DNA from: the human T2T-CHM13v2.0 reference genome, Homo sapiens
Length of the DNA stretch: 64,000 nucleotides
Assembly: GCF_009914755.1 (NCBI RefSeq)
Contig: NC_060927.1
Direction: 5' to 3' (one strand)
Shown here: positions 15,199 through 28,685 of the stretch, piece after piece
Layout: every line of letters starts with the position of its first letter
Position numbering within the stretch: position 1 is the first letter of the stretch
The notes under the pieces: model-generated
Databases searched by the model: none
What the model was told of the DNA's origin: nothing
Seen by the model: the letters and a program-made list of their open reading frames with translations, nothing else
Made by a program: the position numbers and the translations under genes

Positions 15199-15632
15199 TG
15201 CAGCGGGTTAAACAGTGTCATCCAAAAAGATATGTCTGAGTCCTAAGCTTCAGCACCTCCCAAAGTGACCTTATTTGAACGTAGGATCTTTGTGGATAAA
15301 ATTGAGTTAAGAATCTCAGGACGAGATTATCCTAGATTTAGAGTAGGCCATAAATCTAATGATTGGTGGCTTTATAAGAGATTTGAGACACACAGACCCA
15401 GAGAGAAATGCAATGTGAAGATGGATACAGAGATTGGAGTGGTGCAATTACAACCCAAGGATGTCAGGGATTACCACAAACACCAGAAGCCAGGAAAGAG
15501 GAAAGGAGGCTAATTCATCCTCAGAGCCTCCAGAGGAACAAACTCAGCTGACACCTAATGTCAGACTTCTGGTCTCCAGAACTGTAAGAGAATAAGTTTG
15601 TGGTTCTTTTGTATGGCCCAGGAACTAATATG
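15199..15632 (+). mobile_element. MaLR solo LTR (MLT1C/D-like)
   Basis: gtgaccttatttgaa, gagattggagtggtgc, gacttctggtctccagaactgtaagagaata motifs. Confidence 0.82.
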
Positions 15633-17129
15633 GATACAGTGATGGGTACTTAAATAGAAATGATTGGCTCAGCAGGAAAAGAAACATATATGTGTGTGCA
15701 TGCAGAAAACTAACCATGCATGTGCTATACAAGATATGAATCAGCTACAGCTATACATAGATGTAGATCAGCTGCAAGTCTTCTTGACATAGGAAGAAGT
15801 AAAGAGATTGCTCAGTCACTTCTCCTCCAATCTCTATTGGAGATGACAATAGGGAAAGGCCAACAAGCTCACCTCCCCAAAGTCTCCTCCGATCCCTCCC
15901 CTCGGACCATGGAAAGGGATCTCTTTTGATCTCTGAACTCTCATGGTTCCTCTGTGCTGCCTTCCATTACAGTCAGTTGTGCATACATGTCTGTGTCATA
16001 TTAAACCAAGCAAGTGGAGGGCAATTCTGTACAGTGGAAAGTGGTTGCATTTGAAATAAGGGTACATAAACTTTCTTTTTACTATGGCCCAGAGTAACGT
16101 GCATTCAGGCTTATCTGTAAAGTAGGAATAAAAAGCACCATCAGACATTTCTCACAATCTTTCTGAGTGTTGCAAATAAAATAATTGGAGTGAAAGTGTA
16201 GCCAGGAGGAGCATGCAACAGAAAGAGTGTAAACCAGAAAATTCAGTTTACACTAAAAACAAACATAAAGGACCGTTTCTCTTTGCATCCCTCAAAACAC
16301 AGCTCACCACATAGTTCTGCACATAGGGGGTCTTAGTAAATGTCTGTGCTATCAACAAGGAGTGTGTAAGTGGAGCACAGTCTCTTCAGAAAAGAGTTGG
16401 TTACAGATTCTTGAAAACAAACAAATGAGCCAACTAGTTAAATTGATTCTTGCTAATTCCACAAAGGGCATCTTGGGGAACAAAACAACCTAGCACTTCT
16501 ATTAGCAGTGGGGCTTGGGCAGCCCTGGGCAGGCACATCCCATGCAAATGGAGGGCCATGGTCATAGTCACTGTCAGGGTCATGGTCAGCACGGCCAGGA
16601 GTCCAAGAGATCACTTTGACATCTCTGGGATTCAGACTCTAAAAACTGTTAACATCTCACATTTGGCTTTTTCTAATTTTGTAGAATCATAATAAGGCAC
16701 TTTATTTCTTATTTTTGGATAACTGCTAACTGGATTCTCAGTTAATGTGAAATTTGGGACTTTTTATTTCTCCCGTCAAAGTTCCTACTCTTACTCTATT
16801 TCGGGCCCTTGCCAAAGAGTATTATTCGTACAACATTATGATTCAGTTGATTTATGGAACATCTAGATAGTGCTTCTCTAGTTGTCAGGCAAACTTAAGA
16901 AATGTCACTGAATAACTAATAAAGCACAGCCTTACAGAGTTTTCTTCAGGAGTTCTTAAGCAGAAATCATGGCCCATAAGGTCTCCATATGGGTCTCAGG
17001 AATATTATAACACCCCCCTCCCCAGATTGTTTGTACGTTTGCACATGTAAGTGTATTGTGGGGGAGATCGCTTCCAGCACATCTAGAACAGGCTAAGAAC
17101 CACTGGATCACTTCGATTTTCTCTTGTAA

Positions 17130-17380
17130 AATACCTTTACTAATGTGTTTTCCATGTGCCAGGTCTTCTGTAGGTGCTTTACCTATGTTATCTCATTTAA
17201 TACTCACAACAACCTTCTACCTTAGGTATTTTTATTGTCAGTACTAATGAAACAATTGAGTAACTTGGCTTAGTTTGATTTAATCTAACTTGACCAAGGT
17301 TACTTCACTAGCAAGATGGGCGGGATTCCAATTTGCCACAGTCTGAAGAGCGTTTACACACTCCACTGCACAATAGCCAT
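17130..17380 (-). mobile_element. MIR SINE
   Basis: catgtgccaggt...tatctcatttaatactcacaacaacc antisense MIR. Confidence 0.75.
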
Positions 17381-18603
17381 TTTCACTAACATGGTTTAGT
17401 TTTGTGTGTTGTTATTTATCACAGGGAACACTCCTTCAGAGCCACTGATTTCTGGATGAAGTTGAAGGTCACCACTATAAGCTGGGTCAGGTTCTGCCTT
17501 CTTGTGCTGCCACAGGGCTCAGACACGAGGGTGGTGGGCTGAGCAGGAGAGGAGGGAGGACCTGCTGCTTTGAGGAGCAGGATGGACATGTGGGAGTTGC
17601 CTGATTGTGGCTCTGTGAAGCAATGCCAGAACAGAATCTTGCTCCGGTCCCTCTTACAAGTGGGAATTGAGACCCAGGAAGCAAAAATGGCCCTGCCTAA
17701 AACATTAATTAGCCCAGAGCACAAAGTAAAGGAACTTGTAAAGACTGGGAGGTGGGACTCCCTGGTTCAAGTCCAGGTTCCGCCTGCTGGGCAACCTCAG
17801 GAAAGTCTCCTCATCTGTTCCTCAGTTTCCTCATCTGAAAAATGCGGAGATTGAATTATATTATTTCAGAGTCATCTTCCACTTCATCACAATGAGGTCA
17901 CTTATTCAAGCTTCCTTTTTCGGCGTATTTTGATCATGTATTGTAAAAGTGCAAAGTATTGGAATGATAAATCAAATCTCATAGTTTTCAAGGTCATCAA
18001 CAGAGTCTGGGAGGATATTTTTATTTACGAATCATCTCTTTATAAAAAAGGCACATTGAAAGTTAATAGAAGTCATTATTGGTGATATCATCGGCAAAAA
18101 TAGCAGGACATGATCCAGGGTAGGTAATTTAAGATGATGGATTATCAAAGAGCTTGTCTCTTGTCAGCTCAAAAAGCTTTCTGACTGCTTGCTTTCCGTT
18201 TCCAAAGCGTCAAACTCAAATAGCTCTTCACAAAAACAATATAGTTAGAAAAAGTAACATCACTGCTTTATGAAGCCTAGCGCCCACCACCACTCCTTTT
18301 CTGGTCTCTCAACTTTATCTCACAGTGCTGTGAAGAAAGGGAGTGGTCATTTATCATATGCCATCACATGTGATAATCTCAACAAACTTAGCAGAATGTT
18401 TTTAAGATTCTCATTTTATTGATGAGAAAACTGACACTCAAGAAGTTAAACAGGACAGAGTTAGCAAGTACTGAAATTTGAATTAGAAAAGGTGGCTGTA
18501 GCCTCCACATTCACCAGGAACTAAATGGAGTTAAAGTTCAGAGTTTCATCTTCAGATCAAGAATAACCTATTTATTCATTTATTGACCTTTCACAATCCC
18601 CAG

Positions 18604-19065
18604 TGTTATGAGTTAAATTATGTCCCCCAAAATTGTATGTTGAAATCCTAACTCCCAGAACCTTAGAATGTAATGCTAATTGGAGGGAGACCCTTCACGA
18701 AGACAATCAAGTTAAAATTAGGTCCTTAGAGTGCACCCTAATCCAATATGACTGGTGTCTTTATAGAAAGGGGAAATTTGAAGATGGAAACAGACATGTG
18801 CAGGGAAAACGCCATGTGAAGATGAAAGCAGAGATAAGGGTGATGTTTCTATGAGCCAAGGAACAACAAAGGTTGCCAGCAAGCCACCAAAAGATGGGGG
18901 AGAGGCATGGACCAGATTCTCTTTTACAGCCCTCAGAAGGATCCAACTCTGCCGATGTCTGGATTTCCGACTTCCAGCCTCCAGAATTGTGAGACAATAC
19001 ATTTCTGTTGTTCAAGCCACTAAGTTTGTGGTACTTTGTTACAGCAGCCCTAGCAAACTAATACA
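18604..19065 (+). mobile_element. MaLR solo LTR (MLT1B/C-like)
   Basis: tgttatgag...ctaataca termini; ccctaatccaatatgactggtgtc; ttccagcctccagaattgtgagacaatacatttctg. Confidence 0.88.
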
Positions 19066-20199
19066 TTCAGTAAGGTGAATATTAGAGGCCAGTAATGGTT
19101 TCATGAGTACCACCAGTCACAGCCATGGTGGTCCTTCACATTCAGTGCAAAGCTCTTCCCATCCATGAGAGTTTTTAGCTGCCCCCCACAAAGATGAAAT
19201 ATTAACTTGGTCTCCTCCGTTATCCTAGTAACCAAGTAGCAGAATCAAAATTTAGACCCAAGAACTGTTTCTAGGTTCAGTGTGAATCCCCTGTACAATA
19301 CTAACTCCCAGGGACACTTACCAGGGCCATGATCCCAAAAATATCAGTATCATGCCCATCTTTTCATCTTTGTAATTTTCAGTTATAACTTGAAGGCTTT
19401 TTGGGGCTTTGCACATTCCCTGATGGAGTGTAGCACGGAGAAACTTGAATGCCTGTCTCATTTTTCAGAAGACTTCTCCAACAGAGAAGCATTTTAGGAA
19501 TGAAAGCTTTAAGTTTTCTCTGCATCTGGCCAAGGAAGATATTAAAGGAGTTAGCCCAAAGCCGCTACTCCCAATGTAATATGCATTTATTGACTTTCTA
19601 CCATGCTCCTAGTACTGCGCTGGGCTCTTGGAAGATGACGGTGACTAAGACACAGTGCTTATTCTCAATAGCTCATAACCAGGGAGAGGCAGACATGTAA
19701 AGAGAGAATTTCCTAGAGGTGCATTTAGCCCAGCCTGATGGTTCAGAGACATCTTCTGGGAAGAGGTGATGGCTGAGCAGAGGACCACCTTTGCTTTTGT
19801 AATTCTCCTAAATGTGACACAGGTCCCCTGAAGAACAAAAGCTTCCAGAACACCTCAGAAAATTCATCACCCAACGTGCTGGCTAGAAAAGGAAATAAAA
19901 TATCTGCCTTCCAAATTTTATAACTTCTTTCCTCCTTCCAAAAATAGTTCTCACTTCTACCTTAATGACAGTGGGAAATTTTTTATGTCTTATAAAAAAG
20001 CTAATACTGTTCTATATTCTGGATAGTCTACATTTTTTAGCATTTCCTCCGTGCTAGATACTTTGCTAAGTACTTTTCATATTCGACCTTATTTAATTTC
20101 CACTTTATAGATGAGTAAACTTTAAAAGGTTAATTAATTTACCCGTGGTCATAAAAGTGGCAGAGAATGAAAGTTCTCTGCTTAATATCCACCCTACTC

Positions 20200-20395
20200 T
20201 CTTCCTTAGAATAGACTCCAATTTTATTCAGTCAATAAAATACTCAGCTAAAAACTATACTTCCCAGCCTCCCTTATGATTGAAGTAGACATGTAACATA
20301 GTCACTTGTAGGTAGCTGGTTCTAAGAAGCTCTTTAAAGGAGTCTGAATAAGATTGCACATGTTACTGTGTTTCTTACCCTTCTCTATGCTTCTT
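20200..20395 (+). mobile_element. Ancient ERVL LTR (LTR33-like), left part; continues at ~25345-25585 after the L1PB
   Basis: actatacttcccagcctccctt motif; the sequence resumes after the L1 TSD with atggctggtgctcctgcaggcatcctgagaccat. Confidence 0.55.
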
Positions 20396-20707
20396 TAAAA
20401 AAATTCCATTCATTGTTGGGGTACAGGTGGTATTTGGTTACATGACTAAGTTCTTTAGTGGTGATTTGTGAGATTTTGGTACACCCATCACCTGAGCAGT
20501 ATACACTGCATCCTATTTGTAGTCTTTTATCCCTGCTCCCCCTTGCATCCTTCCCCCCAAGTCCCCAAAATCCATTGTCCATTGTATCATTCTTATGCCT
20601 TTGCATCCTCATAGCTTAGCTTCCACATATCAGTGACAGCGTACAATGTTTGGTTTGCCAATCTTGAGTTACTTCACTTAGAATAATAGTCTCCAGTCTC
20701 ATCCAGG

Positions 20708-21665
20708 TCACTGAAAATGCCATATTTTCAGCATATAAACGAGCATATTTTCAGCAAACAGTGACAGTTTGGCTTCCTTTTTACCAATTTGGATGCCCTT
20801 TATTTCTTTCTCTTGTCTGATTGCTCTGGCTAGGACTTCCAGTACTATGTTGAAGAGGAGTAGTGAGAGTGGGCTTCCTTGTCCTGTTCCAGTTCTCAGA
20901 GGGAATGCTTTCAACTTTTCCGCATTCAGTATTATGTTGGCTTTGGGATTGTCATAGATGGCTTTTATTACATTAAGATATGTCCCTTATATGCCAATTT
21001 TGCTGAGAGTTTTAATCATAAAGGATGTTGGATTTTGTCAAATGCTTTTTCCGTATCTATTGAGATGATCATGTGATTTTTGTTTTTAATTCTGTTTATG
21101 TGGTGTATCTCATTTATTGACTTGCATTTGTTAAACCTTCCCTGCATCTCTGGTATGAAACCCACTTGATCATGGTGGATTGTCTTTTTGATGTGTTGTT
21201 GGATTCGATTAGCTAGTACTTTGTTAAGGATTTTAGCATCTATGTTCATCAGGGATATCAGTCTGTAGTTTTCTTTTTTGGTTATGTCCTTTCCTGGTTT
21301 TGGTATTAGCGTGATGCTGGCTTCATCGAATTAATTAGGGAGGGTTCCCTCTTTCTCTACCTTGTGGAATAGTGACAAAAGGATTGGTACCAATTCTTCT
21401 TTGAATGTCTGGTAGAATTCTGTTGTGAATCCATCCAGTTCTGGACTTTTTTTGTTGGTAATTTTTAAATTACCATTTCAATCTTGCTGCTTGTTATTGG
21501 TCTGTTCAGAGTATCTAATTCTTCCTGATTTAAGCTAGGAGGATTGTATTTTTCCAGGAATTTATCCTTCTCTTTTAGGTTTTCCAGTTTATTTGTGTAA
21601 AGGTGTTCATAGTAGCCTTCAATGATCTTTTGTATTTCAGTGGTGTCAGTTGTAATATCTCTCAT
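20708..21665 (-). pseudogene. Fragmented L1 ORF2 linker/reverse transcriptase remnant
   Basis: ORF pieces [36 protein letters not shown] and [37 protein letters not shown] (degenerate FADD motif); frameshifted. Confidence 0.9.
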
Positions 21666-22157
21666 TTCATTTCTTAATGAGGTTATTTGAATTTTCTTTC
21701 TTTTCTTGATTAATCTTGATAATGGTCTATTTTATTTATCTTTTCAAAGAACCAGCTTTATGTTTCATTTATTTTTTGTATTATGTTTTGTTTGTTTGTT
21801 TCAATTTCATTTAGTTCTTCTCAGGTTATTTTCTTTCTTCTGCTGGGTTTGGGTTTGGTTTATTCTTGTTTATCTAGTTCCTTGAGGTGTGACCTTGGAT
21901 TGTCAAGTTTGTGCTCTTTCAGTCTTTTTGATGTAGGTATTTAGGGCTATGAACTTTCCTCTTAGCACTGCCTTTGCTGTATCCCAGAGCTTTTGATAGG
22001 TTGTTCTTGCATGGTTTTGAAGCTTCCCTTTGGAGCTGATTTCCAGTTTTATTCCACTGTGGTCTGAAAGAGTGCTCAATATAGTTTCAATTTTCTTAAA
22101 TTTATTGAGGCTCATTTTATGGCTTATCATATGGTCTATCTATCATATTATGGCTTA

Positions 22158-22802
22158 TCATATAGATATCATAAATATCATACGATTTATCTTGGAGAAA
22201 GTTCCATGCACTCTTGAATAGAATGTACATTCTGTGGTTGTTGGATGAAATGTTCTGTATATATCTGTTAAGTCCGTTTGTTCCAAGGTATAGCTTAAAT
22301 CCATTGTTCCTTTGTTGACTTTCTCTCTTGATGACCTGTCTAGTGCTGTCAGTGGAGTACTGAAGTCCCCCACTATTATTGTGTTGCTGTCTATCTCAGT
22401 TTTTAGGTCTATTAGTAATTGTTTTATAAATTTGGGAGCTCCAGTGTTAGGTGCATTTATGTTTAGGATTGTGATATTTTCCTGTTGGACAAGGCCTTTT
22501 ACCATTACATAATGTCCCTCTTTGTCTCTTTTAACTGCTGTTGCTTCCAAGTTTGTTTTGTCTGATGTAAGAATAACTGCCTCTGCTCGCTTTTGGTGTC
22601 CATTTGCATGAAGTGCCTTTTTCCACCCCTTTACTTTAAGTTTATGTGAATCCCTATATGTTAGGTTAGGCTCCTGAAGGCAGCAGATAGTTGGTTGGTG
22701 AGTTCTTATCCATTCTGCAGTTCTGTATGTTTTAAGTGGAGCATTTAGGCCATTTACACTCAATGTTAGCATTGAGATGTGAGATACCATTGTATTCATC
22801 AT
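22158..22802 (-). pseudogene. L1 ORF2 APE-type endonuclease domain remnant (214-aa open frame)
   Basis: Motifs TLSVNGLN, ICCLQE, DKEGHY, NAPN and IVGDF typical of the L1 endonuclease; frame broken at the 22141-22191 insertion. Confidence 0.92.
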
Positions 22803-22879
22803 GCTATTTGTTGTCTGTGTACCTTGGTTTATTTTGTTTCTTGTTTTTGCTTTTTAAATTGTGCTTTTGTTTTATAGGT

Positions 22880-23901
22880 CCTGTATGATTTATGCTTTAA
22901 GAGGTTTTGTTTTGATGTGTTTCCAGGATTTGTTTCAAGAGTTAGAGCTCTTTTAGCAGTTCTTGTAGTGGTGGCTTGGTAGTGGCAAATTCTGTCAGCA
23001 TCTGTTTGTCTGAAAAAGACTGTATCTTTCCTTCATATATGATGCTTAGTTTCGCTGGATACAAACTTCTTGGCTGATAATGGTTTTGTCTGAGGAGGCT
23101 GAAGATAGGGCGCCTATCCTTCCTAGCTTGTAGGGTTTCTGCTGAGAAATCTGCTGTTAATCTGATAGGTTTTCTTTATAGGTTATCTGGTGCTTTTGTC
23201 TCACAATTTTTAAGATTCTTTCCTTTGTCTTAACTTTAGATAACCTGATGACAATGTGCCTAGGCAATGATCTTTTGGGGATGAATTTCCCAGGTGTTCT
23301 TTGATCTTCTAGTATTTGGATGTCTAGGTCTCTAGCAAGGCTGGGGAAGTTTTCCTCGATTATTCCCCCAAATATTTTTCCAAACTTTTAGATTTCTCTT
23401 CTTCCTCAGGATCACCAATTATTTTTAGGTTTAGTGGTTTAACATAATCCCAGACCTCTTGGAGGCTTTGTTCATATTTTCTTATTCTTTTTTCTTTGTC
23501 TTATTGGATTGGGTTAATTCCAAGACCTTGTCTTTGAGCTCTGAATTTCTTTCTTCTACTTGTTCGATTCTATTGCTGAGACTTTCCAAAACATTTTGCA
23601 TTTCTATAAGTGTGTCCAATATTTCCTGAAGTTTTGATTTTTTTTCTTTATGCTATTTCCTGGAATATTTCTCCCTTCACTACTTATATTGTCTTTTTTT
23701 TATTTCCTTGCATTGGGCTTTACCTTTCTTTGGTGCCTCCCTGATTAGCTTAATAACTAACCTCCTGAATTCTTTTTCAGGTAAATCAGGGATTTCTTCT
23801 TGGTTTGGATCAATTGCTGATGAGCTGGTATGGTTTTTGGGGGGTGTTAAAGAGCCTTCTTTGGTCATATTACCAGAGTTGGTTTTCTGTTTCCTTCTCA
23901 T
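22880..23901 (-). pseudogene. L1 ORF1 remnant
   Basis: MRRKQKTNSGNMTK..DLPEKEFRRLVIKLIRE is the N-terminus of L1PB ORF1p; multiple disablements. Confidence 0.85.
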
Positions 23902-26900
23902 TTGGGTAGGATCTGTCAGAGGGAAAGTCTAGGGCTGAAGGCTATTGTTCAGATTCTTTTGTCCCATGGGGTGCTCCCTTGATGTAGTACTCTCCTTCTT
24001 TTCCTATAGATGTGGCTTCCTGTGAGCCGAGCTGCAGTGATTGTTATCTCTCTTCTGGGTCTAGCCACCCAGCAAGTCTACCTGGCTCCAGGCTGGTACT
24101 GGGGCTTGTCTGCACAGAGTCCTGTGATGTGAACTGTCTATGGGTCTCTCAGCCATGGATACCAGCACCTGTTCTGGTGCAGGTGGCAGGGGGATGAAAT
24201 GGACTCTGTGAGGGTCCTTAGCTTTGGTGGTTTAATATTTTATTTTTATGCTGGTTGGCCTCCTGCCAGGAGGTGGTGCTTTCCAGAGAGCATTAGCTTG
24301 GTATTATGGAGAGGAACTGGTGGTGGATGTGGCCCTAGAACTCCCAAGAGTATATGCCCTTTGTCTTCAGCTACCAGGGTGGACAGCGAAGGCTCATCAG
24401 GTGGGGGCAATGATAGGCATGTCTGAGCTGAGACTCTCCTTAGGCAGGTCTTTCTGTGGCTGCTGTGGGGGATTGAGGTGAGATTCCCAGATCACTGGAG
24501 TTGCGTACCTAGGAGGATTATGGCTGCCTCTGCTGAATCATGCAGGTTGTCAAGGAAGTGGAGGAAAGCCAGTAGTCACAGCCCTCTCCCGGCTCCCACA
24601 CAATCTGAAGGGCTGGTCTCACTCCCACCATGCCCCCAGCAAACAGCACTGAGTCTGTTTCCAGACAGTGGGCAAGCAGGGCTAAGAACTTGCCCCAGGC
24701 TACCCGCCTCCCAGCTTCGAAAGAACAGGACTTTGGCTCTTCCCCAGCCTGTGGAGTCTGCACACTGGATTTGCACCCTCCCTGGAGTTCTGGCCAGGAG
24801 GCTTCTTGCCCGGTTCAAATTGTTACAAATTCAGCTGGAGACTTTCTTCTCCCTGTGGCATTTCCCCCCATGCCTCTGGCCACCCTCCCAAAGGATCTCT
24901 GTGGTGCCAGGCAGGAATGGCCTGTTTGGGGATGCAGCAAGCTCCCAGGACCTTTCCCACTGCTTCCTCTACCTCTGCATTTCACTCAGCTCTCTAAATT
25001 GACTCAGCTCCAGCTAAGGTAGGAAACTTCTCCTGCAAACTAGACTTTCATTTTCCCCAGTGGAGGTGTATGTTCAGGGATGGAGGTTCTCCCTTTCCCA
25101 CTTTTGCAGTTGAGGCATTCACAGTATTTGGGATGTCTCCCAGGTCCTGCACAAGCAGTCGGCTTCCTTCAGAGGGTCTGTGGGTCCTCTCAGGATTCCT
25201 GGTTTGTTCTTGCAGTCATTCTGGAGCTAAAATTCATGATATGAGCCTTCACACCCTGCTCTGTCCATTTGAGTCAAAGCTGCAATCTAGTTCTGCCTCC
25301 CATCTGTCATGATGATCGCTCAGAACCCCTTCTCTATGCTTCTTAATTAGAATAATAATATGGCTGGTGCTCCTGCAGGCATCCTGAGACCATCGTAGGT
25401 CACATAAACACAAAGGACGGCTGAGCTGCATAGGAGTTCCTAGGATCACCATCGACATGTATGGGTGATGTGCCAGCAATAGATTGTCCACCTCTGAGTC
25501 TTTCATTGCTTGATAGAAAAACAGATTTCTATATGTTATCTATGCCATTTTTTAAATCTTACTTGCCACTGAAGTTATTCCCTAAATGAAATACATAAAG
25601 CTAGTCTGTTGTAAAGTATTCCTTGAAGGCATCTTTCTGTCTCCAATCTGGGATTGAGAGGAGGGAAGGACAATGGTACATTCATAGTGCAGAATTAAAC
25701 AGAGAGTAAACTGGAAATAGGTAGGAGAAGTGTCAGGCATGAGCCTGGAGAAAATGAGCTGTGCTGTAAGACCCCCCAGCCCAGATTCTACCCGAGTTTG
25801 GCTGCTAAATGTTGGTGATTTTGAGCGAGTTACATCCTGTCTTTTGACCTTAGTTTCTTCATTTTTGCAGTGAATTTGGGCCAGGTATCTCCATGGTCCC
25901 AACACAGGGAAGCAACCAGTCTGTAAACCCCATGAAGCAAGGAGCTTCACATTTCCAATGATAAGAAATAAGGTTCCTAGAAAGCTCCTCCCTGAATTCC
26001 TTCATTTTCAATCGGAGACTCTCTGAGACTTCTAACTCTCTTGCCCCTCCTTACACTCCCCTTGTACCCAGGAGATACACATGAAGTTTGCCCCCATCAA
26101 TAAAGTCCTCCCAATGTGCACAAAGTCCTTCTTGTGCATAAAGTCCTCCCCACTCCCATTCCATCTTCACCATTTTTCTCCCTCATATGCAAGAAGTTCA
26201 GCCAAATCTCATAGATAAGGCAATTGCACTCACATAGGACTATAAAATAGCATTTTCTATCTGAGGAGTTCAAATAGCTTCACAAAATTACATTTTCTTT
26301 CTCAAGTGTCCCAAGAAATTTGCAGCTATTTCTCTTTTATATATAGAAATTCATTGCCAGCATGCACATTGAGATTTTTGAGCTCTCAATTCTGTTTAGG
26401 GAATGAGGCTTGTATGAGACAGCTTACAAAAATATAAAAGTATAAAACAATTGTTGAGCAGATTGTAGGAAAAAAAAACAAAAACAAAAAGCCAGAGATC
26501 CTCAGATCAGCACAGTTAATGTGTGCCACATGATCTTACACTGTTGCCAGAAAAAGCCACAGATTTTGTTCTCCACTTCCTAGCTGCTAACACAAAAATA
26601 CAGTCACAGTTTCAGAGACATTAACTTACTAAAGGTCATACAGTCACCCAGAAAATCTGCAGCCAAATCAACCAGAAAATTTAGGGTCAAAGTATTGACC
26701 ATTAGACCCCTTCCCTGGACTAAATTCTATCCCACAATGAGTCCACCAACAACCCCTCCCTTCACAGGCAAGGCAGCCAAAAAGCTGAGAGACATGACTC
26801 TTCTAAAGTCTGGGAAGCAGAGTTGTTCACTCTGCTTGATGTAAACATCAAGCAGTTCAAACCACAGAGACAGGATTTTCCAGAACTTGGTGCCTCAGCC

Positions 26901-28529
26901 AACGTGGACAATGGGATGGCTAGTCAGAAATGCATCACTAAAGAATGTCACAGAGAGGAGAACTATTAGTGTCCATGCAAGCATTGTCTTGGGGAGGGAA
27001 AATCATTAGAGTCCAGACCTAGGCCTTTGCTGGATGGACAGCCTGATGCCACTATTTTCCTTGTGAGATTCCTCTTGATATGAATTCATTCTCAGCGAGC
27101 AGCCTCCTGATTAAGGTTTAGCTTCCCAGGGAGGCTTTCTTCTGTGAAGAGACAGCTCTGGCATACTGATGTATGTGGTCTGGGCCTTGTGGCCATGGTC
27201 CTTCCTTGAGAAGCTGTAGTTTTGTGCATCAGCATTGTGAGTTTGGCTAGTATGAGTCTGCCCTGGAAGAGCACACACTCCTGGCGGTAATAAAATCAAT
27301 CCTGAGCCTACATGATTGGGGGTCAGATACCAGGCCATGGTCAATCCTCTGAGGGAAGGAAGGCATCCTTTAGGACCCCTCAAGGTAACCAGCCAGTAGT
27401 TCCCCTGTAGGCACCCCCTCGTGCTGTCTTGTGTTAAAACTTCCACAGGGATCAGCATTGAGGGGGCCCTTGGTTTCCTCACTTTGCCTCCTCCCTTTCT
27501 TGTTTGGGTGACCCTCATGGACTCCCAGGGGTCTGGCCAGCAGTGATATATATTGCCTCTGGAAACTTGTGCCTGCCTCAGACCCTGCACATTGATGTAA
27601 AAAAAAAAAATCATTGCATCTCAAACAACCAAATTGCTAGTACTTTACATTTACTACACACATTACCCATGGGCAAATTTGAAAATTATAGCTCTTCTCG
27701 GGTGTTTTATACTAGATTTCAAACAGCCCAGCCCAGCGTGAAACTGCAGGGAACTGAAATGAGTATGGAGGCGGAAAGTGGAGAAGGATCAACTTTATCT
27801 CCTGATTAGTCAAGATGAAAAATGATTTGAGAGACATGAGAGGAATGACAATAACATGGTTCATTGGCCTGATTGCCTGTTGTTCATAAACAGATAATGG
27901 TGCCCCTGGAAGTTTGTGCAGCTTAAGTCTGCTTGTGATGACCAAATAGGACTGATAGAGTTGTTTTCATTTGGGGCTTCAAACACATTCTTAAAATGCT
28001 GTAAAATACCAAAAACACAAAATAAAAAAGAAAGAATTCACAGGATATTCAGTGGTAGGTCATTATTGGGAAGAAGGCAGAACAGCACAGAGTTATTGAC
28101 CCTTTGAAGTTTAATTTTGAAGCAATCTCCCCTAGAGGCTTTTTCCTGACCTCCACCCTACTCTCAATCAGAAAAGAAGGTTATGGGTTTTTTGCTTTTG
28201 TGTTTTTTAAAGCTTCTTTGGGCTGTCCTCCTGGCACTTACTCCATCTTCCTTCCTTTGCAATCACTCACGGGGTGCTGGGTCTCTTCCATTGATTTCTC
28301 TTGCAGTATTGGCTTTATGCCATTTACCATTTGCTCACAACAAATGGACAAGGAAAATGCAGGAGAAACCATGATGCAATGGGACTCTCTCATGTATGGA
28401 CAGCACTTTAAAGTGCTTCACAGATGTGATCCCATCTGAACCCCACAAAAGCCCTGGGAGGTTTACTAGAACTAACACTCTATGCTTCATATAAAGAAGC
28501 TTTTATTCTTCTACAGGCATTATTTTCAT

Positions 28530-28685
28530 AGATCTTCTCTAAAATGGGGATTGCAATTGTTTCTACCTCATAAAGTTGCTACAAAGACTAAACAGAATAA
28601 AGAATTTATGTATGTAAAAGCACTCACAACAGGGCCTAGTGCATAAAAAAGGCTCTATATGTTTGCTGTTATTACTTTTTATTAT
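28530..28685 (+). mobile_element. MIR SINE 3' half
   Basis: taaaatgggga...ctacctcataaagttgct...atgtaaaagcactcacaacagggcct. Confidence 0.7.

Larger units (their letters stand above)
20396..25326 (-). mobile_element. L1PB (L1PB1/L1PBa-like) with intact 5' end and 3'UTR but a large internal ORF2 deletion
   Basis: Perfect 18-bp TSD cccttctctatgcttctt at 20378-20395 and 25327-25344; L1PB 3'UTR at left; ORF2 RT and EN remnants; ORF1 remnant; GC-richer 5'UTR at ~23900-25326. Confidence 0.95.

Noticed and set aside
24012-25312. Dense overlapping ORFs of up to 174 aa in a GC-richer block
   Set aside because: This is the L1PB 5'UTR; its base composition explains the scarcity of stop codons, and it is CpG-depleted rather than a CpG island.
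27080-27620. 167-aa ORF and possible ancient LTR-like block
   Set aside because: No recognisable protein motifs, and I could not assign a repeat family with confidence.
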